Source: Myxococcales bacterium
GTDB lineage: Bacteria > Myxococcota_A > Polyangia > Polyangiales > Ga0077539
Direction of reading: 5' to 3'
NCBI GenBank assembly: GCA_016792845.1
Contig: JAEUKH010000018.1
Span: 138,984-202,983 of the forward strand
Length of the DNA: 64,000 nucleotides
Part shown: positions 20,615 to 29,962 of the stretch, one piece after another
Layout of the letters: the number at the start of each line of letters is the position of its first letter
How positions within the stretch are numbered: position 1 is the stretch's first letter
The notes under the pieces: model-generated
The model's input: only the letters and a program-made list of their open reading frames with translations
What the model was told of the DNA's origin: nothing
Databases searched by the model: none
Made by a program: the position numbers and the translations under genes

Positions 20615-21724
20615 ATGCGTCTCGTCTTCACCGACCGCAACATTCGTCGCGCGTTCTCGCTGTTTCTGTTCTTGCTCCTGCTCTTTCTCTTTCGTCACCT
20701 TGCCATCTTGCTGGTGTTCTTTGTCTTGTTCGAGCGCAGCCTCGGGAGCATCGCGGGGCTGCTCCGTGACAAGCTGAAGCTGCCTGTGGGGGCGGGCATC
20801 GCGATGCAGCTCCTCGTCTCGGCGGGGCTGTTCGCGCTGGCGGTCTACCTCGGCTACACCAGCGTCGTGCCCGCGGTGCCGACGCTGCGCGGCGACGTCG
20901 AGAGCGAGATCCACCGGATCCAAGACTGGCTCCACGCCCGCGGGTGGGATCACCTCGTCTCGCAAGGCAGCGAGAGCCTCGTCGAGAAGGCGCAGCACTA
21001 CGCCGGCAACGTCGTGGGCTTTCTCGGTTCGATCGGCAAGAACGCCATCTACATCGTGATCGGCCTGATCTTGTCGATCGTCTTCTTGCTTGAACGCGAG
21101 GCCCTCGAATCGTGGCGCTCGGGGCTCGACGAAGACGCCCCGCCGCGCATCCTCATGCGGTATTTCTCGTACCTCTGCGAGGCCATCGCGATCACCGCCA
21201 AGCTTCAGGTGATCGTGGCCTTCGTCAACACGGTCATCACGCTGCCGGTGCTGCTCCTCATGGGCTTGCCGAACGTGCCCGCGCTGATGGTGTTTCTGTT
21301 CGTGAGCGGGCTCATCCCGGTGGTGGGCGGCGTGGTGAGCGGCGTGGTGATGGCGGTGATCGCGTACACGCACAAGGGCCCCGCGGGGGTGGCGATCTTC
21401 TTCGCGAGCACCTTCGTGCTGCACAAGATCGAGAGCTACTACCTCTCGCCGCGGCTCACGGCCCAGCACGTCAAGCTGCCGGGCTTCGTGATCATCACCT
21501 CGCTGGTGCTCTTCGAGCATCTCTTCGGGCTGGTGGGCTTGTTCATCAGCTTCCCGACCTTGTACGTCGCGGCGAAGATCCGCGAGGGCTGGCGCGACTC
21601 AGACCGAGAGCACGAAGACGAGCTCGCGCTCACCGAGGCGATGCGGCTCAAACGCCCCTCGTTCGCGGCCTTCATGAAGTCGCGGCGCAAGCCCGCGAGC
21701 CCCTCGGCCGAGGGCGGCGCGTGA
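20615..21724 (+). CDS. AI-2E family transporter (PerM/YdiK-like permease)
   Basis: Eight TM helices with the characteristic spacing. Start placed at MRLVFTDRNIRRAFSLFLF. Confidence 0.6.
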   Translation: MRLVFTDRNIRRAFSLFLFLLLLFLFRHLAILLVFFVLFERSLGSIAGLLRDKLKLPVGAGIAMQLLVSAGLFALAVYLGYTSVVPAVPTLRGDVESEIHRIQDWLHARGWDHLVSQGSESLVEKAQHYAGNVVGFLGSIGKNAIYIVIGLILSIVFLLEREALESWRSGLDEDAPPRILMRYFSYLCEAIAITAKLQVIVAFVNTVITLPVLLLMGLPNVPALMVFLFVSGLIPVVGGVVSGVVMAVIAYTHKGPAGVAIFFASTFVLHKIESYYLSPRLTAQHVKLPGFVIITSLVLFEHLFGLVGLFISFPTLYVAAKIREGWRDSDREHEDELALTEAMRLKRPSFAAFMKSRRKPASPSAEGGA

Positions 21725-22212
21725 AGGCGCACGAGGGCACCGTGGCGGTGCGGGTCTGCACCATCACCGTCAGCGACACGCGTCGCGGCGACGACGACAC
21801 GTCGGGGGCGCTCCTCGCCGCGGGATGCGTCGACGCGGGCTTCGAGCACCTCGCCCATCTTCGGGTGCCCGACGAACCCGCGGCCATCGAGGCCGCCCTC
21901 GCCGAGGCCGCCAGCCGACACGCCGACGCGGTGCTCCTCACCGGCGGCACCGGCATCGCGGCGCGCGATGTCACCTACGAGGTGGTGGCCGCGCGGCTCG
22001 CAAAGACCCTCGACGGCTTCGGCGAGACCTTTCGTCGGCTCAGCTACGACGAAATCGGCCCGCGGGCGATGCTCTCGCGCGCGGTGGCCGGGGTCACCGC
22101 CGAGGGGCGCGTGCTCGTCGCGCTGCCCGGCAGCCGCGGCGCCGTGAGCCTCGCCATGCGGGCCCTCATCGCGCCCACCCTCGGGCACATGGTCGCCCTC
22201 GCGCGCCCCTGA
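21721..22212 (+). CDS. moaB: Molybdenum cofactor biosynthesis protein MoaB/MogA
   Basis: MogA/MoaB fold motifs (VCTITVSDTR...LLTGGTGIAARD). GTG start overlapping the upstream stop. Confidence 0.7.
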   Translation: MKAHEGTVAVRVCTITVSDTRRGDDDTSGALLAAGCVDAGFEHLAHLRVPDEPAAIEAALAEAASRHADAVLLTGGTGIAARDVTYEVVAARLAKTLDGFGETFRRLSYDEIGPRAMLSRAVAGVTAEGRVLVALPGSRGAVSLAMRALIAPTLGHMVALARP

Positions 22213-22289
22213 GCGCGTCGCTTTTTTCAACACCCGTCGGTTGAAACGCACGCCCCACGAACTCTAGTGTCTCGCCCCGGAGGACGACC

Positions 22290-23234
22290 ATGAAAGCCCT
22301 CGAGCTCTCTGACCGCGAGCGCAGCCTCTGCCTCTCGGCGATGGCCACGCTCATGCGCCACGACGGCGCCGTACACCCGAAGGAGCGCGAGCTCTTCGAC
22401 GCCGTCTCTCACGCCCTCGGGCGCGCGACGCCCTTCGACGATGTTGACACTGTCAACATTGACACGATCGCGGCCGAGGTGACAGACCCCGAGAAGCGCG
22501 AGCGGCTCGTGCAGCTCTTGATCGTGACGGCGCTATTTGACGGCGACGTCACGGCGGGCGAGCTGGCGTTTTTGCGGGCGTGGTCAGAGGCCCTCTCGGT
22601 CGACGAGCCGCGCATGGGCACGCTCTCACGTTGGGCCCACGGGCTGTCGTCGCTCACGCAGTTTGACCTCGGGTTTCGCTCGGCGATGCTCGACCGGATC
22701 CGGCGAGACACCTGGGCCCGCGACGGCGTCTCGGGGCTGCGTCACCTTTACGGCAGCCTCTTCGGGATGGGGGCCGAAGACCCGGGCCTCGCGGCGCGCT
22801 TTGACGCGCTCGGGGCGCTGCCCGAGGGCACCTTGGGGCGGGTCTACCACGAGCATTTGCGGGCCCGCGGGTTCAGCTTTCCGGGCGAGCGCGGGGTCAC
22901 GATGCCGAAGCAGCTGGTGGCCCACGATCTCTCGCATGTGTTGGGCGGGTATGACACCGACGCGGGGGGCGAGACCGAGGTGATCGCCTTTGTGGCGGGC
23001 TTCATCTCGACCGACCCGTTCTGGTACGTGTTCGCGATTTTGATGCACATGCACCTCGGCACGCGGGTGTTCGGCCTCGACCCCACGGCCCACCTCGCCG
23101 CCGACGCCCACAAGATGGTGGCGGCCCTGCGCCGCGGGATGCGCGTCAATCGCGACCTCTACCACGACTGGGACTACTGGCCCGCCTTCGCCGAGCCCCT
23201 CGAGGCCGTGAGGGCTTCGCTCAACATCGTGTAG
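22290..23234 (+). CDS. Hypothetical protein with a TerB-like N-terminal domain
   Basis: Helical N-terminus resembling the TerB / DjlA-N fold. It carries a GTTGAC-type palindrome at 22441 in frame (DVDTVNID). Confidence 0.35.
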   Translation: MKALELSDRERSLCLSAMATLMRHDGAVHPKERELFDAVSHALGRATPFDDVDTVNIDTIAAEVTDPEKRERLVQLLIVTALFDGDVTAGELAFLRAWSEALSVDEPRMGTLSRWAHGLSSLTQFDLGFRSAMLDRIRRDTWARDGVSGLRHLYGSLFGMGAEDPGLAARFDALGALPEGTLGRVYHEHLRARGFSFPGERGVTMPKQLVAHDLSHVLGGYDTDAGGETEVIAFVAGFISTDPFWYVFAILMHMHLGTRVFGLDPTAHLAADAHKMVAALRRGMRVNRDLYHDWDYWPAFAEPLEAVRASLNIV

Positions 23235-23248
23235 CGTCGGCGTCGACG

Positions 23249-24454
23249 ATGCTGAGCTACGAAGAAGCCCTCGCGCGCATGGTCGCCGAGGCCCACCCGG
23301 TCGACCGCGAGCGCGTGCCCTTTGCGAGCATCGCGGGGCGCGTGCTGGCGCACCCGCTGACGGCCCGCGAAGACCTCCCGCCCTTCGATTACAGCGCGAT
23401 GGACGGCTACGCCCTCGATCACCGCGCGGCCCTCGCCCCTGGCGCCGCGCTGCCGGTGGCGGGGGCGCGTCGGGCGGGTGACCCTCCGGGAGAGGCCCTC
23501 GCGCGAGGCCAGAGCGTACGCATCTTCACCGGCGCCCCGTTGCCGCCCGGAGCCGACGCGGTGGTGATGCAAGAAGAGGCGCTCCGGGAGGGTGACACGG
23601 TTCGCTTCACCCGCGCGGTTCACGCCGGGCAGCACGTTCGTCGCCGCGGTGAAGACCTCGTCGCGGGCGCGCAGGCCTTGCCCGCTGGGGCGCGGGTGTC
23701 GCCCTGGCAGGTGGCCCTCGGCGCGAGCTGCGACCGGGCCGAGGTCGAGGTGTTTCGGCACGTCAGGGTGGGCCTCGTCCTCACGGGCGATGAGCTGCGC
23801 GCGCCCGGCTCGGAGCCCCGCCCCGGGAGCGTGGTGAACTCGATCGGCCCCGCGCTCGAAGCCTGGCTCTGCGCCCTCGACGCGCGGGTCAGCGTCAACG
23901 GCCCCTATGTTGACGATGTGAACATCATCGCCGACGCGATCGGCGCGGCGGTCGCGCAGAACGACCTGGTGATCACCGTCGGCGGCGTCTCGGTGGGCGA
24001 TCACGACCCGGTGAAGCCTGCCTTGGTCGCCGCGGGGGTCGCCCTCGATTTCTGGAAGGTGGCCATCAAGCCCGGCAAGCCGCTCTGTTACGGCCGCGCG
24101 TCGGGCGCGAAGCGGGTCTTGGGGCTGCCGGGCAACCCGGCCTCGGCGCTCTTGACCTTCGGCCTCTTCGGCGTTCCGGTGTTGCGGGCCATGGCGGGGT
24201 TGTCGAGGCCCGAGACGCCGACCGCGCGCGCGCGGCTGGCCGGCACCTTTCGTCGGAGCCCCGGGCGCACAGAGTTTGTGCGTGTGCGCACACGCGAAGA
24301 CGGGCGCGTCGAGGTGCTGTCGAACCAATCTTCAGGCGCGGCGACGAGCTTCGCGTGGGGCGACGCGGTGATGGTGGTCGCGCTCGAGACCGCGGTGATC
24401 GAAGACGGCGCTGAGGTGACGGTGATGCCGCTCGACGCCTGGCGCCGCGGTTAG
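23249..24454 (+). CDS. moeA: Molybdopterin molybdenumtransferase MoeA
   Basis: Typical MoeA N-terminus (LSYEEALARM...), GGVSVGDHD motif, 401 aa. Confidence 0.85.
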   Translation: MLSYEEALARMVAEAHPVDRERVPFASIAGRVLAHPLTAREDLPPFDYSAMDGYALDHRAALAPGAALPVAGARRAGDPPGEALARGQSVRIFTGAPLPPGADAVVMQEEALREGDTVRFTRAVHAGQHVRRRGEDLVAGAQALPAGARVSPWQVALGASCDRAEVEVFRHVRVGLVLTGDELRAPGSEPRPGSVVNSIGPALEAWLCALDARVSVNGPYVDDVNIIADAIGAAVAQNDLVITVGGVSVGDHDPVKPALVAAGVALDFWKVAIKPGKPLCYGRASGAKRVLGLPGNPASALLTFGLFGVPVLRAMAGLSRPETPTARARLAGTFRRSPGRTEFVRVRTREDGRVEVLSNQSSGAATSFAWGDAVMVVALETAVIEDGAEVTVMPLDAWRRG

Positions 24455-24497
24455 TCTGCGATGACTGCGCGGCCCGAGACGCGGTATAGCGTCGGCC

Positions 24498-24749
24498 GTG
24501 ACGCAGACGATCACCGTGCTCCTCTTCGCCGCGGCCCGCGAGACCGTAGGCTCGGCAGAGACCACCCTGTCGCTCGCAGCCCCCGCCACCGCGCGGGCCG
24601 TGCTCGACGCGCTGACCGAAGCCCACCCTGGCCTCCGCGGCTACCACCGCGCGATGCGGGTGGCCATCAACGGCGCCTACGCCCGCGACGACGACCCCGT
24701 CGCAGCGGGCGACGAGGTGGCCATCATCCCCCCGGTGGCGGGCGGTTAG
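24498..24749 (+). CDS. moaD: Molybdopterin synthase sulfur-carrier subunit MoaD
   Basis: 83 aa with a ThiS/MoaD fold, ending in -GG. Confidence 0.75.
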   Translation: MTQTITVLLFAAARETVGSAETTLSLAAPATARAVLDALTEAHPGLRGYHRAMRVAINGAYARDDDPVAAGDEVAIIPPVAGG

Positions 24750-24773
24750 TACTGCAACGTTTGCGTGGGGCGC

Positions 24774-25280
24774 TCAGCTCGCGGCGTCTGCGCAGATGGT
24801 CTCGATCTCGGTCTCGACCTGGGCTTCGGTGAGATGCTTGGCCAGGGCCAGCTCTTTGACCAAGAGGGCCTTGGCCTGATCCATCAGACGGCGCTCGCCG
24901 TATGACAGCTCTTTTTCATCGCGAAACTTGATGCGGTACAGGTCGCGGAGCACCTTGGCGACCTCGTAGGGCGAGCCCGACTTGATCATCTCGTTGTAGG
25001 CGCGCTGCCTGCGATTCCACGGGCCGTTGCCGACGGCCTTCTCGCCTGAGCGAAACACCGCGAGCACGTTCTCGGCCTCGCCCAAGCTCATCACACCGCG
25101 GAGGCCCACATTGTCGCTCGACAAGGTCGGCACCATCACCTTCATCCCCGAGTCGAGGATGCGGAGTACATAAAAAGCCCGGGTGCTGCCAGCGATGTCG
25201 CGGCGCTCGATGGCAGTCACCTCACCGACGCCATGGGCGGGGTGAACGGCTTTGTCTCCCACCTGAAATGACGGCTGCAT
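24774..25280 (-). CDS. cdnL: CarD/CdnL-family RNA polymerase-binding transcription factor
   Basis: MQPSFQVGDKAVHPAHGVGEV...FYVLRILDSGMKVMVP... is near-colinear with CdnL of Myxococcus. Confidence 0.85.
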   Translation of the reverse strand: MQPSFQVGDKAVHPAHGVGEVTAIERRDIAGSTRAFYVLRILDSGMKVMVPTLSSDNVGLRGVMSLGEAENVLAVFRSGEKAVGNGPWNRRQRAYNEMIKSGSPYEVAKVLRDLYRIKFRDEKELSYGERRLMDQAKALLVKELALAKHLTEAQVETEIETICADAAS

Positions 25281-25451
25281 CCACAGTCTCCTGCCGCAGT
25301 TGCCGGTCGCTCATCACGAGCGACGCGCGCGAGCCGCGGGCGCCATTCGCCAATGAGACGGTCGCTTTGCGGCAGGAGGTGATACCACGCCCCACCACAG
25401 AGGTCAAAGAAGCTCTCTCAAACACCGCAATTTCAAGCAGTTGGCGCTCAC

Positions 25452-26420
25452 TCAAGGGCGCCCCTGAGGCGCCACCCGCCCGCGCAAAACGTCACCGAGC
25501 GCTTCGAGCCCGCTCCACGGCACCGTCACCCGCGCGACGAGCGCCCGCGCGCGCCCCTCACCGACGGGCCCCTCGACCGACGGCGCCTGCGCCCCCGAGG
25601 CCCAGACATCGGCCCCGATGGCGCCGCCGAGGGTGCTCTCGGCGAAGCGCGCCACGGCCCGTGTGAGCCGCGCCGCGGTGTCGTCGGGGAGCGGGCCTTC
25701 GAGCCGCAGCGTCAGCGCTACGCCGCGCGCTTCAACCTGCGCGTCGAGGGTGAACCACTGCACCCGCCACTGCAACGCGTCGCTGCCGGTCTCGGCGGTC
25801 TCGCGGGGCAAACCGCGTACGCGCCAGCGCAACAGCACCTCGGGGTCGGGCGCCCGCTCGTCGTCGTGCAGGGCTGTCGGCAACACCGCGTCGACGCTTC
25901 GCGGGGCGCCCTCTGCCCAAGCCGCGAGGCCGCACTGCCCCTGGATGGCCAAGCCCACCGCGCGCCCCGCGAGAGAGCCCTCGAAGCGCAGGGCCGAGGG
26001 CCCGAGGTCGTCGCGGCGCCGCGGAGGCAAGAGGCGCTCCCACATCAGTTCGGCGATGCGTCGCCCGTCGAGGGCGCCGGCGCCGAGCCAGAGGGTTTGC
26101 CCCGCGGTCTCGGCCCAGAGGGCCCGTTCGAGCAAGCGTACGTCGACCCCGGTGACCCGCGCGCGGGTGAAGAGGGCGTCTTCGGCCGCGTCGTCGAAGG
26201 TCTGCGCGACGATGCGCCCGAGGCGCGGGTGCGCGAAGAGCGCGGCCGGTCGAAGGAAGACCCACTGCGACGCCTCAGGCGGGCTGAGGCTGCTAAGCGA
26301 GCCAGGACACCGCAGCACAGGCCGCTGCCGAGCCCCCAACGCGCGCGTGGCGCCTGTGTGCTGCGTGCACCCAAGCGCCACCACGAAGGCACCCGCGAGG
26401 CTGAGCCTCGCCGCGATCAA
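25452..26420 (-). CDS. Hypothetical lipoprotein (start overlaps the recA stop)
   Basis: Signal peptide with lipobox LGC. ATGA overlap with recA. Confidence 0.45.
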   Translation of the reverse strand: MIAARLSLAGAFVVALGCTQHTGATRALGARQRPVLRCPGSLSSLSPPEASQWVFLRPAALFAHPRLGRIVAQTFDDAAEDALFTRARVTGVDVRLLERALWAETAGQTLWLGAGALDGRRIAELMWERLLPPRRRDDLGPSALRFEGSLAGRAVGLAIQGQCGLAAWAEGAPRSVDAVLPTALHDDERAPDPEVLLRWRVRGLPRETAETGSDALQWRVQWFTLDAQVEARGVALTLRLEGPLPDDTAARLTRAVARFAESTLGGAIGADVWASGAQAPSVEGPVGEGRARALVARVTVPWSGLEALGDVLRGRVAPQGRP

Positions 26421-27499
26421 GCCTGCGCCTTGGGCCGCTCTTTACGAGCCGGCGCCTCAGCCTTCTCGTCGCTCTTGGCGCCGGCCCCGTTCAAGCTCTT
26501 CTTGGTGATGCCGTGCTTGCTCAGCACCTCAGTCTCGATGCGCGCGAGCACCTCGGGGTGCTCTTCGAGGTAGCGCTTGGCCTGCTCGCGCCCCTGCCCG
26601 ATGCGCTCGCCCTTGTACGAGAACCACGCGCCCGACTTCTCGACGATGGCGTCTTCGGTGGCGAGGTCGAGGAGGTCGCCGGTCTTCGAGATGCCCTGCC
26701 CGTACATGATGTCGAACTCGACCTCTTTGAAGGGCGCCGAGACCTTGTTCTTCACCACCTTCACGCGGGTGCGGTTGCCCACCACCGACTCGCCGTCTTT
26801 CAACGCGCCCACGCGGCGAACGTCGAGACGAATGGTCGAGTAGAACTTCAGCGCGTTGCCGCCCGTGGTGGTCTCGGGGTTGCCGAACATCACGCCGATC
26901 TTCATACGAATCTGGTTGATGAAGATCATGAGCGTCTGCGACCGATGCACCGAGGCCGTGAGCTTGCGCAGGGCCTGGCTCATCAAGCGGGCCTGAAGAC
27001 CCGGGAGCTGATCGCCCATGTCGCCCTCGATCTCGGCCTTCGGCACCAGCGCGGCCACCGAGTCGATCACCACCACGTCGACGGCGCCCGAGCGCACCAG
27101 CATGTCGGCGATCTCAAGGGCCTGCTCGCCGTTGTCGGGCTGCGACACGAGGAGCTCGTCGACCTTCACGCCGAGGCGGCGCGCGTAGTTCACGTCGAGG
27201 GCGTGCTCGGCGTCGATGAAGGCCGCCACGCCGCCCATGCGCTGGCACTCGGCGATGGCGTGAAGGGTCAGCGTCGTCTTGCCCGAGCTCTCAGGCCCGT
27301 ACACCTCGATGATGCGCCCCTTGGGGAAGCCCCCCACCCCGAGCGCGATGTCGAGCGACACCGACCCCGACCCCACCACCAGCATGTCGCTCTTGGCCGC
27401 CTCGGCGGCGGCGTCGAGCTTCATCACGGCGCCCTTGCCGTACTGCTTCTCGATGCCAACCAACGCGAGCTCAAGGGCCTTCTTGCGATTCTCATCCAT
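26417..27499 (-). CDS. recA: Recombinase RecA
   Basis: Walker [10 protein letters not shown] and the full RecA core. Start placed at [10 protein letters not shown]. Confidence 0.95.
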   Translation of the reverse strand: MDENRKKALELALVGIEKQYGKGAVMKLDAAAEAAKSDMLVVGSGSVSLDIALGVGGFPKGRIIEVYGPESSGKTTLTLHAIAECQRMGGVAAFIDAEHALDVNYARRLGVKVDELLVSQPDNGEQALEIADMLVRSGAVDVVVIDSVAALVPKAEIEGDMGDQLPGLQARLMSQALRKLTASVHRSQTLMIFINQIRMKIGVMFGNPETTTGGNALKFYSTIRLDVRRVGALKDGESVVGNRTRVKVVKNKVSAPFKEVEFDIMYGQGISKTGDLLDLATEDAIVEKSGAWFSYKGERIGQGREQAKRYLEEHPEVLARIETEVLSKHGITKKSLNGAGAKSDEKAEAPARKERPKAQA

Positions 27500-27580
27500 C
27501 TGAAAAACTCCGTGTTGGGGATCGGCGTTTGTCGCCGTCACGCTTGCTTCGTCGCCGTCGCCCACCCTCTATGCACCCTA

Positions 27581-27597
27581 CCTGAACACCCGTAAAG
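27581..27597 (-). promoter_or_regulatory. Putative LexA (SOS) box upstream of recA
   Basis: On the minus strand, CTTTACGGGTGTTCAGG matches 15 of 17 positions of the myxobacterial-type LexA consensus CTRHAMRYBYGTTCAGS. It lies about 85 bp upstream of the recA ATG. Confidence 0.4.
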
Positions 27598-27632
27598 TCC
27601 CCTACCGAACAACCGTGACATACTCTGTCACG

Positions 27633-28223
27633 CTATCGGGCCGGGGCTCTGGCCTGGCCGAGCGTCGCCCGCGCGAGAACGTGGTGTTCTGCGCCGGGCC
27701 GGGTGAGGTCGCTGCGCCAGAGGGTGAGCTCCGACACCGTGGCCTGGACGCCATCGACGCCGACCACCCCGAGGCTCCCGAGGGGGGTGGTGGCCTCGCG
27801 CACCCTCGCCAGCGTGAGGTGCGGCGCGAAGGGCTTGTTTTCAGGCTCGATGCCGAGCTCGGCGAGCCGCGCGTCGAGGGTCTCTCGGGCCGCGCTCAGG
27901 AGCTCTCGCCCGCGGCGCAGGTCGACGTAGACCACCCGCGGCGCGGCGGGTTCGCCGAAGGCGGCGAGGGCCCCCAAGAGGAGCTTCATGGGCTCGCTCT
28001 GGGCGGCCACGCTGCGCATCGCGTCGGCCACCGGCGCGGTGAGCCCGGGGTCGAGCTCGCCCAGAAAGCGCAGGGTGATGTGCAAATTGGGCGGCGGGAC
28101 GAAGCGCGCCTGCCAGCCGGCCTGGGTGGCCGACTTGCGGAAGGCCCGGGCGCACTCGGTGACGCGTCGGCTCGCGCCGAGGTCGAGCAGGCACCCCACG
28201 AAGGCCCGAACGGGGTCGGTCAT
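27633..28223 (-). CDS. thpR: RNA 2',3'-cyclic phosphodiesterase (2'-5' RNA ligase family) ThpR/LigT
   Basis: Two H-x-T/S-x motifs (HITLRFLG, HLTLARV). Start placed at MTDPVRAF. 4-bp overlap with cinA. Confidence 0.7.
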   Translation of the reverse strand: MTDPVRAFVGCLLDLGASRRVTECARAFRKSATQAGWQARFVPPPNLHITLRFLGELDPGLTAPVADAMRSVAAQSEPMKLLLGALAAFGEPAAPRVVYVDLRRGRELLSAARETLDARLAELGIEPENKPFAPHLTLARVREATTPLGSLGVVGVDGVQATVSELTLWRSDLTRPGAEHHVLARATLGQARAPAR

Positions 28224-29485
28224 CCGCAGACCCCGGCGAGGTTCATCGCGACGGGGCCGCGGCAGGCGGCGCGAACGAGCTCGAGCGCGACATGGGCCGC
28301 ATCGAGCTGGACCCGCGCGCGGTCGCCCTGAAACCTTCGCTCCAGCACGGTGGTGCCCTCGGCCGCGGCGAGAGCGAAGAACACCAACCCCACGGGCTTC
28401 TCGGCGCTGCCGCCGCCGGGCCCGGCGACCCCGCTCACGCTCACCGCGAGGTCGGAGCCCGTGAGCCGCCGCGCGCCCTCGGCCATGGCCCGCACGCACT
28501 CGGCCGACACCGCGCCGTGCCCCCGAAGGATCTCAGCCGAGACGCCCAGCACCCGCTCTTTGGCCGCGTTCGAGTAGGTCACCGCGTCGAGGAGGAGGTA
28601 CTCGCTCGACCCCGGCACCGCCGTGAGCATCGCGCCGATGAGCCCGCCCGTGCAGCTCTCGGCCACCGCGAGGGTGAAGCCTCGGGCCCTCAGCTTGCGA
28701 CCGATGGCCGCGGCGAAGCTCTCGTCGCCCTCGCCAAAATAAGCGTCGCCGAGCTTCGCCCGGGCGGCGCTCGCGGCCTGCTCGGCCACGGCCCGCGCAG
28801 AGGCCACATCGTCGGCGCGCACCGTGAGGCTCACTTCGACCACCGGCGCCGTCGCACGGTACCCGATCGCGAGCCCCGAGAACTGCTCTTCGAGCCCCGC
28901 CAAGCGCTCGCCCACGACGCTCTCGGGGAGCCCGTAGGTGCGCAAGAGCACCCGATGACGCCGCGGCTCGGCGCGCCCCAAGAGGCGCCGCGTCACTTGG
29001 GCCTCGAAGCACGCCTCCATCTCTGAAGGGTCGCCCGGCAGGAAGATCACTTCGGCCTCGGCGAGCTGCACCAGGAAGCTCGGCGCGAAGCCCACGGGAT
29101 TACCCAAAACCTCAGCAGTTTCAGGCACTTCGCTCTGCGCTTCGAGGCTCGGCGTGATCGCGCGCCCGAGGGCGCCGAGCTTGCGACGGATCTTCGTGAG
29201 CGCGACGGGGTCTTGGTGGAGCCCGACCCCGAGCACCGAGGCGGCGGCTTCGGCGGTGCGATCGTCGCTGGTGGGGCCGAGCCCGCCGGTGACCATGACG
29301 ACCGCGGCCTGGGCCGCGAGGCGTCGCAGGGTCTGGGCGATCTGCGAGACCTCATCGCCGACGGTGGTGATCTCAACGATCTCGAAGCCGAGCTCGTCGA
29401 GGCGCCGGGCAAGCCATGCGGCGTTGGTGTCGGGCACCTCGCCGCGCAAGAGTTCAGACCCGATCGAGACGATGGCCGCTGTCAT
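28220..29485 (-). CDS. cinA: Competence/damage-inducible protein CinA (MocF-like plus CinA C-terminal domain)
   Basis: MTAAIVSIGSELLRGEVPDTNAAWLA N-terminus. 421 aa, full-length CinA. Confidence 0.85.
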   Translation of the reverse strand: MTAAIVSIGSELLRGEVPDTNAAWLARRLDELGFEIVEITTVGDEVSQIAQTLRRLAAQAAVVMVTGGLGPTSDDRTAEAAASVLGVGLHQDPVALTKIRRKLGALGRAITPSLEAQSEVPETAEVLGNPVGFAPSFLVQLAEAEVIFLPGDPSEMEACFEAQVTRRLLGRAEPRRHRVLLRTYGLPESVVGERLAGLEEQFSGLAIGYRATAPVVEVSLTVRADDVASARAVAEQAASAARAKLGDAYFGEGDESFAAAIGRKLRARGFTLAVAESCTGGLIGAMLTAVPGSSEYLLLDAVTYSNAAKERVLGVSAEILRGHGAVSAECVRAMAEGARRLTGSDLAVSVSGVAGPGGGSAEKPVGLVFFALAAAEGTTVLERRFQGDRARVQLDAAHVALELVRAACRGPVAMNLAGVCG

Positions 29486-29530
29486 GGTGGGCCGTTGACG
29501 CTAAGGGCCCTCGGGGCCCGCGGTCAACCC

Positions 29531-29962
29531 TCAGGGCGCGGGCGATTTCACCGAGAGCATCTCGCGAACCTTGTCGAGCACCGGCCCATCGGCGGGCGGG
29601 AAGGCCAGCCCGTCGAGGCCCTCGGGGCGCTCCCAACGGTGGGCGGCCACTTCGAGGTCTTCGACCTCACCCGCGGTGATCGTCGCGCGGTAAAAGAGCA
29701 GCAAGACGTTCTTCTGCGGGTACCGCCAGAAGGTCACCTCGACGATCTCGCCGACCTCTGCGGTGACACCGATCTCTTCGCGGAGCTCGCGTCGCAGCGC
29801 CTCTTCGGGCGACTCGTCGGCTTCGAGCTTGCCGCCCGGAAACTCCCACAGCCCGCCGAGATCGGCCTGCCCGGGGCGCTGCGTGAGGAGCACCCTGCCC
29901 CCGCGCACGATCACCGCGGCCACCACCACGACGGTCTTGCGTTGCACAGTCTCGTTCGTCAT
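29531..29962 (-). CDS. mutT: NUDIX hydrolase MutT (8-oxo-dGTP diphosphatase family)
   Basis: Nudix box GGKLEADESPEEALRRELREEIGV. Start overlaps the upstream stop (ATGA). The ORF track shows a spurious 5' extension. Confidence 0.8.
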   Translation of the reverse strand: MTNETVQRKTVVVVAAVIVRGGRVLLTQRPGQADLGGLWEFPGGKLEADESPEEALRRELREEIGVTAEVGEIVEVTFWRYPQKNVLLLFYRATITAGEVEDLEVAAHRWERPEGLDGLAFPPADGPVLDKVREMLSVKSPAP

